In this document: positions 35,278 to 45,551 of the stretch, piece by piece
Layout of the letters: each line of letters opens with the position of its first letter
Position numbering within the stretch: the stretch's first letter is position 1
Assembly: GCA_032117045.1 (NCBI GenBank)
Contig: JAUMAF010000032.1
Span: 1-58,797, forward strand
Reading direction: 5' to 3'
Length of the DNA stretch: 58,797 nucleotides
Source: Pirellulales bacterium
GTDB lineage: Bacteria; Planctomycetota; Planctomycetia; Pirellulales; UBA1268
Notes under the pieces: model-generated
Seen by the model: only the letters and a program-made list of their open reading frames with translations
Told to the model about the DNA's origin: nothing
Database searches by the model: none
Program-made: the position numbers and the translations under genes

Positions 35278-36897
35278 ATGCGGCGACATGATCAGCGGTG
35301 CGTGGTGCGTCAGGCGATCGCCCGCGGGAGGGTCGCTGCCGCGATCACGATTGCGACGCTCGCGTCTGTCGGCAGCCCGCTGTCGGCCGCCGCGGATCCT
35401 GCGAAGGCTCGCCCCACGACGAGCCTCGCCGATCTCGACGACGCCTTCGCGACCGCGGCCCGCGGACTCTCGCAACGGGCCAGAGCCGGTGGTGACGACG
35501 ACCTGGCAGCGGTGATCGCGGAGTGGAGCCTGCCTGAACAGGTCGGTCGGCAACTCGTGGCGACGATTCCGCCACGACTCGAGAAGCCGCCGCTGGTCGA
35601 CACGCCCGCAGAGGAGTCGATCTGGAATGATTTCTGCGCGGCCCGCCGCAGCCGAGCGGCGGGGCTGTTCGAGCACGCGTTGGCTGCCGCGCGGGCCCAT
35701 GACCGAATCCCCACCCGCGACGAACTGGCGAACGCCATCGATGGGGATGCACCACCGCTGCCGCAGCAGTCGTGCGAGGCGGTGCGACTGCTGTTTCTCG
35801 CGCTGCGGGATGATCCCGATCACGAGCGGGCCCGCGCGGCGGGAGGCTTCGTCAAGCGGGGCGACGACTGGCTCGGGCCGGAGGCGGCGCGGCGGCTCGA
35901 CAAGGGCGAAGCGTATGACCCAGCCTTCGGCTGGATGCCGAAGGCGAAGCTGGAGCGATACCGTCGGGGAGAGCGGCTGGATCGGGGCCGCTGGATCACG
36001 ACCGCGGCCGATGATGCCGAGCCGCGGGACTTGAAGCACCCCAGGGAGTTTCACTCCGATCACTGGGAGATCGTCAGCACCGCCCGCCTCGCGGATGCCG
36101 CCGCACTGGCCGGTTGCCTGGAGGAAACCCACGCCGTCTGGCAGCAGATCTTCGGGGCCTTCGCCTTCGAACCGCAGGATCTCGAGAAACGGCTGGCGGG
36201 CCGGGGCCGCACGGCCCCACGCACGCCCCACGCGGCGATCCTCTGCGCCAATCGCGGCCAATACGTCAAGGAACTCGAACCGCTCGAGCCGCTGATCGGG
36301 AAGACCGACGGCATCTACTGGACGCCGACCAAGACGATCTGGTGTTATGCCCGGCCGTCGGCGGCGGGGACCGATGACGGCGACGATCCGACACGCCCCG
36401 ATACCACGCGTTTCGATCCGATCACGGTGCATCACGAGGCCACGCACCAGCTGTTTGGTGAAGCGCGGCCCGACGTGGCAAAGGCGCGGCAGCTCGCGGG
36501 AGAGCGGTGCGGATTCTGGGCGATCGAGGCTGCGGCTTGCTACATGGAAACGCTCCGGCCGACACCCTTCGGCTGGACGGTGGGCGGCCGAGACGCGGGG
36601 CGTGTGCCGGCGGCGAAGGAACGGCTCGACGACGGCTTTTTCGTGCCGCTCGAGGAGCTCTGCGGCCTGGGCCGGAAAGCGTTTCAGGCCGATGACCGGC
36701 TGCCGCAGATCTACAGCCAGATTGCGGGCCTCGCCGATTTCTTTATGAACGGCGCGGAGGGCCGCTACCGCGAGCCGTTCGTGGAGTACCTCGTTCGCGT
36801 CTACTCGGGCACCGCCGATCCCGATACGCTCGTCCGCCTCTGTAAGCGAAGCTTCGCCGACCTCGATGCCGACTACCGCCGCCACCTCTCCCGGTGA
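35278..36897 (+). CDS. Secreted hypothetical protein with an HExxH motif (possibly DUF1570 / peptidase-MA-like)
   Basis: AGGAGG precedes the ATG at 35278. Signal-like AAITIATLASVGSPLSAAADP. Single zinc-metallopeptidase-like motif ITVHHEATHQLF. The family assignment is unverified. Confidence 0.5.
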   Translation: MRRHDQRCVVRQAIARGRVAAAITIATLASVGSPLSAAADPAKARPTTSLADLDDAFATAARGLSQRARAGGDDDLAAVIAEWSLPEQVGRQLVATIPPRLEKPPLVDTPAEESIWNDFCAARRSRAAGLFEHALAAARAHDRIPTRDELANAIDGDAPPLPQQSCEAVRLLFLALRDDPDHERARAAGGFVKRGDDWLGPEAARRLDKGEAYDPAFGWMPKAKLERYRRGERLDRGRWITTAADDAEPRDLKHPREFHSDHWEIVSTARLADAAALAGCLEETHAVWQQIFGAFAFEPQDLEKRLAGRGRTAPRTPHAAILCANRGQYVKELEPLEPLIGKTDGIYWTPTKTIWCYARPSAAGTDDGDDPTRPDTTRFDPITVHHEATHQLFGEARPDVAKARQLAGERCGFWAIEAAACYMETLRPTPFGWTVGGRDAGRVPAAKERLDDGFFVPLEELCGLGRKAFQADDRLPQIYSQIAGLADFFMNGAEGRYREPFVEYLVRVYSGTADPDTLVRLCKRSFADLDADYRRHLSR

Positions 36898-36916
36898 CGT
36901 CTCTTTCCAGGGCGGC

Positions 36917-37168
36917 CCGCGGCCTCACGACCGCTCGGCTTGTACCGGATGGAACTCAACGAGGGGCTGCCCGTGCCCCGGAGCCGGCGTATGCCGCCCA
37001 GCGCAGGCACGATGCCGAAGCGCCGGCGGCATCCGAGTGAGCGCAGGACAGGATGTCCGTAGCGAACGTCCGGCGACGGGGCATGGGCAGCCCCGAGCCG
37101 CAGGAGCCCTTGTCGCGAGGCGAGCCGCATTGGCCCGCGGCCTCACGGCCGGTCGGCTTGTACCGGAT
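36917..37168 (+). repeat. Long structured intergenic element, full copy 2, flanked by 34-bp direct repeats containing R1 hairpins
   Basis: R1 + gtaccggat at 36917-36950 and again at 37135-37168 (2 mismatches). Core inverted repeat at 36963-36979 / 37078-37094, outer span 132 bp as in copy 1. Confidence 0.92.
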
Positions 37169-37206
37169 CCCGCGGCCAACCCATGGCCGCCGCGGGCGGG
37201 TCACGT

Positions 37207-37236
37207 TTGACGGCCGTTTCCCTGCACTTCTACACT
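37207..37236 (+). promoter_or_regulatory. Candidate sigma70-type promoter of tkt
   Basis: TTGACG (37207-37212), 18-nt spacer, TACACT (37231-37236). RBS GAAGGAG at 37259-37265, ATG at 37271. Confidence 0.35.
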
Positions 37237-37270
37237 CCCCGCGTTCGTCCAACGCCCCGAAGGAGCCTTC

Positions 37271-39322
<2,052 letters not shown>

Positions 39323-39337
39323 CGGTTTTCCGCCATC

Positions 39338-40435
39338 TCACGGCTGGTGATGCGAGTCGCCGATCACGGCGTCGTCGGGATCCTTGCCGGCGCGAATCTC
39401 GCCGTCGTGATTGCGGTAGATATGGTCGTCCTGATGCAGGGCATCGGGCATTCGTTTCGTGACGTGGCCATCCTCGTAGAGCAGGTGGTGAACGCCTTCA
39501 GGATGATTGTCGCTTTGTTCGCCGCTCTCATCGGGCGCGTCAGCCAGCAGCGGATGGTGGGCCCGACGCAGATTGCGATTGGGCTGGAGGATGCCCGCGG
39601 CATCGCGGTGCCCGAGCGTGTAGCCGTAGTCGCCTCCCATCGACCGCACGAGCTCCTCGAACTTGGGAGTGCCGACGGATTCGCGGAGCTCCTCGAGGGA
39701 CGGCACGCGGAAATCGCCCCGCCGGGAGAGGGCCGAGTCGGGGCAGAGCACCGTGCCGTCGTCGGCGACCAAACGATGCTCCGACACGAGCGTCGGTGCG
39801 TAGAGCCCGGCGCGGGAGAGCGGACCCTCACGCGGGGGCGAGGGATACATGCCCTTCGATTCCGCGTAGCCCTGCAGCGAGCCGGCGAGCCGCTGGAGGT
39901 TCCGCTGGGCGCGGCGGGAGCGGGCGTCGGCAATTGACTCGAGCAGGAGCGGAGCCACGAGGATGCAGGCCGCCAGCGCCGTGGCCGCGATCATCACGCG
40001 ATCGATCCAGCGGCGGGCCGACGTTCCCCGCCAACCGTCCTCATCAGCATCCGCGGCCCGCTCCGGCTGAAACACCGTCGGCCGGGCGGCCGGCGTAGGC
40101 ATCGGCTGCGTGCCCTGAGTTCCGTGACTTTCCGGGGATCCCTGGGCCGCCACGAATGCCAGGGTTCTCGCCGCCAGCCCGGGCGGGGCGCCGGTCGGGG
40201 CCCGATCAAACTCCAACGGCCGCATCGCCTGCCGCACGAGATCAAGATCGCGCCGCAGGGCCACCCCTCCGGCCGGATCGCCGAGGGCGGTCTCGAACGT
40301 GCGCATCTCGCCCTCGTCGAGGGCGCCGAGACAGTAGCCGATCAGCTCGTGTTCGCGGTCACACATGATGGCGCCTCGACTGGAGTCTCGCATCGACACA
40401 CATGATTTCACGCATGGTTCACAGCCTCTCCTCAC
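39338..40435 (-). CDS. Anti-sigma factor with one TM helix and a DUF1559 / pseudopilin-like extracytoplasmic domain
   Basis: The GTG at 40435 overlaps the sigma gene stop (GTGA); alternative ATGs at 40393 and 40366. N-terminal anti-sigma-like HELIGYCLGALDEGEMRTFETAL. TM helix VMIAATALAACILVAPLLL. Then ARSRRAQRNLQRLAGSLQGYAE and a tail SDNHPEGVHHLLYEDGHV. Confidence 0.6.
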   Translation of the reverse strand: MRRGCEPCVKSCVSMRDSSRGAIMCDREHELIGYCLGALDEGEMRTFETALGDPAGGVALRRDLDLVRQAMRPLEFDRAPTGAPPGLAARTLAFVAAQGSPESHGTQGTQPMPTPAARPTVFQPERAADADEDGWRGTSARRWIDRVMIAATALAACILVAPLLLESIADARSRRAQRNLQRLAGSLQGYAESKGMYPSPPREGPLSRAGLYAPTLVSEHRLVADDGTVLCPDSALSRRGDFRVPSLEELRESVGTPKFEELVRSMGGDYGYTLGHRDAAGILQPNRNLRRAHHPLLADAPDESGEQSDNHPEGVHHLLYEDGHVTKRMPDALHQDDHIYRNHDGEIRAGKDPDDAVIGDSHHQP

Positions 40436-41193
40436 TCGTTTCCGTCACTGCCGTCACCGGGCAAGGATCGTCCGCTCTGCCGCCATGATTCGTTGAGCTT
40501 CAAGAGCGCCGAATGGAGCCGACTCTTCACCGTGCCCACGGGAATGCCGAGCACGTCGGCTGCCTCTCGATACTTCATCCCTTGGTGATAGACCAACATC
40601 AGTGCGCCCTTGAGCGATTCCGGGAGATCGTTGACGGCCGAACGGACCCAGTCGCGGGCCTCCTCCGCTTCCATCTCCGCGTCGGCCGTCTGCCCATTGC
40701 CCGCCAGCATCTCCACAAGCGAGCCCACATCGCTCTCACCACCGGTGCGGTGGTCGAGGCTCACCATGCGGTGCCGGCGGTTTCGCCGCTGGGCATCGAT
40801 GGCTTGATTGGTGGCGATCGTGTAGAGCCAGGGCCGAAACCGACGGCCTTCCTCGAACTGCTCCCTCTTGAGGTGTACCTGCAGAAACGTCGCCTGAAAC
40901 ACGTCATCCGCCATCTCGGCATTCCCGAGATACCTGCGGAGATAACTGAACAACTCGTTTTCGTACCGATGCACGAGCGACTCGAACGCCGCCGAGTCAC
41001 CATTCACGCGGCAGCGCCGGAGCAACTCCTCGTCGGTGTGACCCTCGGGAAGCACCCCGGCCACCGACCCGCCCCCTTGTTCCGGGGAAGGACCGTCATG
41101 GCGGCCGCCTGAACGTGAATCGTGCAAATCCATCAGTGGTACGTCGGCGGGGTCGAAAGAGTTCGGGGCTCCCGGAGGGAGGCTCGACTCCAT
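40432..41193 (-). CDS. ECF (group 4) sigma-70 family RNA polymerase sigma factor
   Basis: AGGAGG lies upstream of the ATG at 41193. Region 2 FESLVHRYENELFSYLRRYLGNAEMADDVFQATFLQVH...RPWLYTIATNQAIDAQR. Region 4 LPESLKGALMLVYHQGMKYREAADVLGIPVGTVKSRLHSAL. Confidence 0.9.
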   Translation of the reverse strand: MESSLPPGAPNSFDPADVPLMDLHDSRSGGRHDGPSPEQGGGSVAGVLPEGHTDEELLRRCRVNGDSAAFESLVHRYENELFSYLRRYLGNAEMADDVFQATFLQVHLKREQFEEGRRFRPWLYTIATNQAIDAQRRNRRHRMVSLDHRTGGESDVGSLVEMLAGNGQTADAEMEAEEARDWVRSAVNDLPESLKGALMLVYHQGMKYREAADVLGIPVGTVKSRLHSALLKLNESWRQSGRSLPGDGSDGNE

Positions 41194-41375
41194 GCGTCCG
41201 CCCGCCTCCTGTGTCAGCGACTCAAGCCTGTTTTGCTGGCCTGGCAGCACGTGCCCCGAAGCTCCGAGTATAGCCATGGAGCCCCGAAAAGCAGGTTTTG
41301 AACCGACGGCCGCCAAAACCCTCCGCTCCCGCTGTTTGACATCCTGCCGTGAAACCCCGACATTTCGCGGCAGTC

Positions 41376-43004
41376 ATGGACCGACACACCTCCTACCGCT
41401 GGGCCGCTCCGGGCGATCTCAACGCCTTTTTCGGGCTGTCGATCGATAACCTCGCGGTCCTCGTGCTCACGGTCTCGCTCCTCGCGACCGTCTTCGGCTA
41501 CCCCGTCGATTTCGCCCTCTCCCACCTCGTGCCGGGCACTGCGGCAGGGGTCGTGGTGGGCGATCTGATCTTCACCTGGATGGCCTTCCGCCTCGCCAGG
41601 CGAACCGGACGGACCGACGTCACCGCCATGCCGCTGGGGCTCGACACACCGAGCACGTTCGGCATGGTGTTCTTCGTGATCGGCCCGGCCTTCGCGGCGG
41701 CAGTGGCCGACGGCATGGACAAAGAGGCTGCCGCCCGCCATGCCTGGCACATCGGGATGTGCGCCATCGTCGCCAGCGGCATCTTCAAGATCGCCTGCGC
41801 GTTCGTGGCCGGGCCGATCCGCCGGCTCGTTCCGCGGGCGGCCCTGCTCGGCAGCCTGACGGCGATCGCCCTAGCCTTGATCACGTTCCTGCCACTGCTC
41901 GAGATTTTCGCGTCGCCGCTTGCCGGACTCGTGGCTTTGGGCATCATCCTCGCGAGCCTCACGTCGCACCTGCCTGTGCCCGGCAGGATCCCGGGCGCGC
42001 TTGCCGCGCTCGCAGTGGGGGGCTTGATCCAGTTTGTCGGGCTGCGGGCGGGCTGGATTCCCGAGGCCGCCCACATGGCGATCGATCCCGCCGCGGCCCT
42101 CTGGCCCACCGAATGGCTCGCCGCCTTTCGATGCGAGTGGCTGGATGCCTGGCCCGACACTCTGAAGTACCTGCCGATCGTGATTCCCTTCGCGCTCGGC
42201 ACGGTCGTCGGGGGCATCGACTGCACGGAGAGCGCCGCGGCTGCCGGTGACGAATATGACACGGGGAAGGTCATCGGCGTCGAGGCGATTGCCACGATCA
42301 TCGCCGGCGCCTGCGGCGGCGTGATCCAGACCACGCCCTACATCGGCCATCCGGCCTACAAGGCGATGGGGGGCCGCGCGGCCTACACGCTGATGACGGC
42401 CATCTTCATCGGCTTTGCCGGACTCACGGGCACGTTTGCCTACCTCTATGAGATTCTTCCCGCGCCGGCGCTCGTGCCGATCCTCGTATTCGTCGGCCTG
42501 GAGATCACGTCGCAGAGTTTTCATGCGACACCGCAGAGGCACTATCCGGCGGTGGCGCTCGCCTGCGTGCCGGCGTTGGCGGCACTCGCCAAGATCGAGA
42601 CCGACAAAGTGCTGGCGGCGGGAGCCCGCCCCGACGCGGCCCTCGCCCGGGAGCTCTTCTCGCTGCAGATCATCTCCGCCGGCTTCATTGTCACGAGCGT
42701 GCTCTGGGCCGGCATGCTCACAGCGCTGTTGGACCGCCGGCTCCGACTGGCCGCCGGCTGGTGCTTCGCGGCCGCCGCGTGCACGCTCTGCGGCGTGATC
42801 CACTCACCCTGTAAGGATGGCAGTCTGTTCGTGCCCTGGGCGATCGCCACGTTGCCGCCGGAGGCCGCGGGCCGCGGGCCACTGCACCTGGCGGCCGCCT
42901 ACGGGCTGATGGCGATCCTCTTCCTCGGCTGGTCGGCGTGGCTGGCGGTTTCGGGGAGAGCGCCGGTCGCGGAGCACGACGACCGCGACGCGGGTATGCT
43001 CTGA
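41376..43004 (+). CDS. NCS2/AzgA-like (xanthine/uracil/vitamin C permease superfamily) transporter
   Basis: GDLNAFFGLSIDNLAVLVL ... DVTAMPLGLDTPSTFGMVF resembles COG2252-type permeases. About 12 or more TM segments. Start could be GTG 41349. Confidence 0.55.
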   Translation: MDRHTSYRWAAPGDLNAFFGLSIDNLAVLVLTVSLLATVFGYPVDFALSHLVPGTAAGVVVGDLIFTWMAFRLARRTGRTDVTAMPLGLDTPSTFGMVFFVIGPAFAAAVADGMDKEAAARHAWHIGMCAIVASGIFKIACAFVAGPIRRLVPRAALLGSLTAIALALITFLPLLEIFASPLAGLVALGIILASLTSHLPVPGRIPGALAALAVGGLIQFVGLRAGWIPEAAHMAIDPAAALWPTEWLAAFRCEWLDAWPDTLKYLPIVIPFALGTVVGGIDCTESAAAAGDEYDTGKVIGVEAIATIIAGACGGVIQTTPYIGHPAYKAMGGRAAYTLMTAIFIGFAGLTGTFAYLYEILPAPALVPILVFVGLEITSQSFHATPQRHYPAVALACVPALAALAKIETDKVLAAGARPDAALARELFSLQIISAGFIVTSVLWAGMLTALLDRRLRLAAGWCFAAAACTLCGVIHSPCKDGSLFVPWAIATLPPEAAGRGPLHLAAAYGLMAILFLGWSAWLAVSGRAPVAEHDDRDAGML

Positions 43005-43020
43005 GAAATCCCCCGGCAGG

Positions 43021-44073
43021 ATGGCGGCCCGATCCGAGGGTAATTCGCACTCCCCGCGATACACCATGCCCGTCGTCCAGCCGTCCCTGCCCCGCCTCGC
43101 CTTCGGCAACGCGACTGCCCAGACCAGCAGCGACCTCGACGCCTTCACGGCCGCGCAGCGGGCGGTGATGCCCGCCGTGACCAGCTACGAGCCCCTCACG
43201 GGCCGCACGGCGTTTCGGCATCTCTCGGCGACCGTTTGCCTCGGCGACATCCGGCTCGTTGCGAGCGCGTCGACCCCCTTGGCGATGGCCGCCGTTGACT
43301 CCCGCGAAACAACGCTCCTGATTCCGTTTCACGGCTGGAGCACGACCGTCATCGAACTCCGCGAGCACCGCTGGCAGGCAGGGGGCTCGGCGATGCTCCT
43401 GCCCGGCACGGCACGGACGGGCGAGAGCGGCGTCCGCTCGAACCTCGGCATCACCTTCAACCCCCAGCGACTCCAGGCCGTGGCAGAGGCCATGCTCCCG
43501 TCACGTGGCCGCGGCAGCCTCGACCTCGGAATGCGCAGGCCCCGCGTGATCCCGCTCACCGCATCGCGATCGCCGGGCATGGCGCTGCTCAAGCAGGTGC
43601 TGCCGCTGATCGATCTCGGCGGCTGTAGCGCGGCGAATCTCCGCATGCTCGGCGTCGACGACATGCTCTACCGGCTCGTCGCCGTGATGCTCGCGCCGGA
43701 GGCTCTTGCGCCGTCGTTCGCGAAAGGCCCAGAGACCGCCTCGTCCACCGCCATCAGCCGGGTGACGGAGTACATCGTCGGCCATCTCGACCAGCCGATC
43801 ACGCTCAGCGACCTGGAGCGGGTGAGCGGGCTTTCGGCTCGCACGCTGCAGGTTGCGTTTCGCAGGCTCCATGGATGTTCGCCCCGGGAGTGGATCCGGC
43901 GGCGGCGGCTCCTGGTGGCCCGTGAACGACTCCTCGCTGCTGGCAATAAAACGACGGTCGCCCAGGTGACCCTGGCGAGCGGCTTCACCCGACCCAGTAC
44001 CTTCGCCGCCGCCTACACGCAGCGGTTTGGAGAGTCGCCCTCCGCCACGCTCGCCCGCGCCCGACGCGGCTGA
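43021..44073 (+). CDS. AraC-family transcriptional regulator
   Basis: C-terminal HTH ISRVTEYIVGHLDQPITLSDLERVSGLSARTLQVAFRRLHGCSPREWIRRRRL...VAQVTLASGFTRPSTFAAAYTQRFGESPSATL. Alternative start at 43066. Confidence 0.88.
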   Translation: MAARSEGNSHSPRYTMPVVQPSLPRLAFGNATAQTSSDLDAFTAAQRAVMPAVTSYEPLTGRTAFRHLSATVCLGDIRLVASASTPLAMAAVDSRETTLLIPFHGWSTTVIELREHRWQAGGSAMLLPGTARTGESGVRSNLGITFNPQRLQAVAEAMLPSRGRGSLDLGMRRPRVIPLTASRSPGMALLKQVLPLIDLGGCSAANLRMLGVDDMLYRLVAVMLAPEALAPSFAKGPETASSTAISRVTEYIVGHLDQPITLSDLERVSGLSARTLQVAFRRLHGCSPREWIRRRRLLVARERLLAAGNKTTVAQVTLASGFTRPSTFAAAYTQRFGESPSATLARARRG

Positions 44074-44075
44074 CC

Positions 44076-44104
44076 GTGAAAGCCGACCGGCCATGAGGCC
44101 GCAG
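44076..44104 (-). repeat. Short hairpin repeat R1 (stand-alone, loop variant AUGA)
   Basis: gtgaaagccgaccggccatgaggccgcag begins 3 nt after the AraC stop. Confidence 0.85.
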
Positions 44105-44325
44105 CGCCGTCGAGATGTCCGCACGCACGATTCACGTGCAGGCTGACAACCCGCATCCAGGCACACATCGCCGCGCCCGCTCCTCGGCATTCATGCCGAC
44201 CACAGCGACGCCTGCCGCGACCGTCGGGAGTTGGCCAGGCCGGGACCGATCGGTCGCTTCCACAGCCGTGACGAAACCGCTTTGACGCCGTAGACTCTCG
44301 TCTTCCGTCTTCCCGGAGAAAACCC

Positions 44326-45081
44326 GTGTCCCGTTGTCCTTCGGTCCTCCCGGCACTCCTGGCCTGCCTGGTCGCCTCGGCCGTCGCCATGGGCCAAACC
44401 TATGACTACGCCGACACGACCGACTTCACGATTTCGCTCTTTCCAAGCGGCACCACTCCCAAGCAGTTCGCCTTTCCGGCCGCCGGTGGGCCGATCGACA
44501 TGACCCGCACCACGACCGTGGGCACGGGCATCTCGCTCACCACGAGGACGGTCACCTACTCGGGTTCGGCGCCCTTCAACAATCCCGACTGGATCACCGG
44601 CACGCGGCGCTTCTACGGGCTCGTCGACAGCGGCACCGGGTCGAGCCCTGTGGTCACGTTCACGAGCTCGTTCACGTCGCCGCTGCAGACCAGCGCCTAT
44701 CTCGTGTTCACCGACGTTGAGTTCGGCGAGAAGATCTACGTGAAGGCCTACAACGGGGCGAGCCTGATCTCCTTCGCCGACCTGGCGTTCACCAAGTGGA
44801 ACGGCAACTCGTCGAGCGGCACGAGCGTGAACACCACATGGAACGTGGAAGCGGGTTATTCCGGGCTCCTGCTCAGCGGCACCCCGTTCGGGTTCTCGAA
44901 TCCGGTAGCCACGCTCCAGTCGGCCCAGCCGATCAGCAGCGTCGAATACACGATCGACATGGGTTCGGCAGCCAACAGCCTGGGCTTCAACTTCGCCGTG
45001 CCCGTGCCGGAACCGACCACGCTCGCGCTCGTGGCAGCGGCCGGTCTCGGCGGCCTCATGGCCAGAGCCTGCCGCCGCTGA
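44326..45081 (+). CDS. Small PEP-CTERM-anchored secreted protein
   Basis: GGAG precedes GTG 44326. Signal peptide CPSVLPALLACLVASAVAMG. C-terminus VPVPEPTTLALVAAAGLGGLMARACRR. Confidence 0.8.
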   Translation: MSRCPSVLPALLACLVASAVAMGQTYDYADTTDFTISLFPSGTTPKQFAFPAAGGPIDMTRTTTVGTGISLTTRTVTYSGSAPFNNPDWITGTRRFYGLVDSGTGSSPVVTFTSSFTSPLQTSAYLVFTDVEFGEKIYVKAYNGASLISFADLAFTKWNGNSSSGTSVNTTWNVEAGYSGLLLSGTPFGFSNPVATLQSAQPISSVEYTIDMGSAANSLGFNFAVPVPEPTTLALVAAAGLGGLMARACRR

Positions 45082-45260
45082 CCGGCGCCATGCAGCGCCT
45101 GATCCTCCTTGTGCCAGCAGCCGTGTGAGCTTCTCGTGAGGACGCTGCACCAAGGCCCTGATCCAAAGGATGCGGGCCATCTGCTGCTATGAGCCGGCCA
45201 ATGATCGCCGTCGCTGACACTTTCGGCGCTGCCGACCAAGGCTAATTCGATGCCCATTCT

Positions 45261-45289
45261 TTGACAGACCGTGTGCCACACGGTAGGTT
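45261..45289 (+). promoter_or_regulatory. Candidate sigma70 promoter with a perfect 15-bp palindrome in the spacer
   Basis: TTGACA (45261-45266), 17-nt spacer, TAGGTT (45284-89). The spacer contains ccgtgtg-c-cacacgg (45269-45283). It sits in a local low-GC patch. Confidence 0.4.
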
Positions 45290-45398
45290 TCGAACTTCGA
45301 TTCTCTCCTTCATTTTCAAGGATCCGCTGCTGCTCGCACCCGTCGTCGGCGCCATCACGGCTCGATGGCCCTCTCTCGGCAGCGCGGATTCCTGGATG

Positions 45399-45441
45399 GC
45401 CCCGGCCTGATGCAGGCCGGGGCACATCAGAGGATTTTTTT
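45399..45441 (+). terminator. Intrinsic-terminator-like hairpin plus T7 tract in the leader of the giant PEP-CTERM gene
   Basis: gccccggcc-tgatgca-ggccggggc (9-bp GC stem), then acatcagagga, then ttttttt (45435-45441). An alternative pairing ctgatg/catcag overlaps the stem. Confidence 0.5.
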
Positions 45442-45551
45442 CGTCTTCTCATGCGAGGCGATTCTGCGCGCCGAGTCGAGGCCTGAGGCCGTGATGGGGA
45501 TCCGTTGATGATCGGTTCGGCAGCCGTGCAAGCCCCACGGAAAATCTGCTC

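Noticed and set aside
36963-37094. Diversity-generating retroelement (TR/VR pair) or retron msr/msd as an explanation for the repeated 132-bp core.
   Set aside because: Differences between copies are not restricted to adenine positions. The copies are 15-20 kb apart in intergenic DNA rather than at the 3' end of a target gene. No reverse transcriptase gene is present.
45364-45507. 47-codon ORF (MALSRQRGFLDGPGLMQAGAHQRIFFVF...) spanning the leader terminator upstream of the giant gene.
   Set aside because: It has no RBS and would read straight through the terminator stem and T-tract. The region is more simply explained as a non-coding leader.
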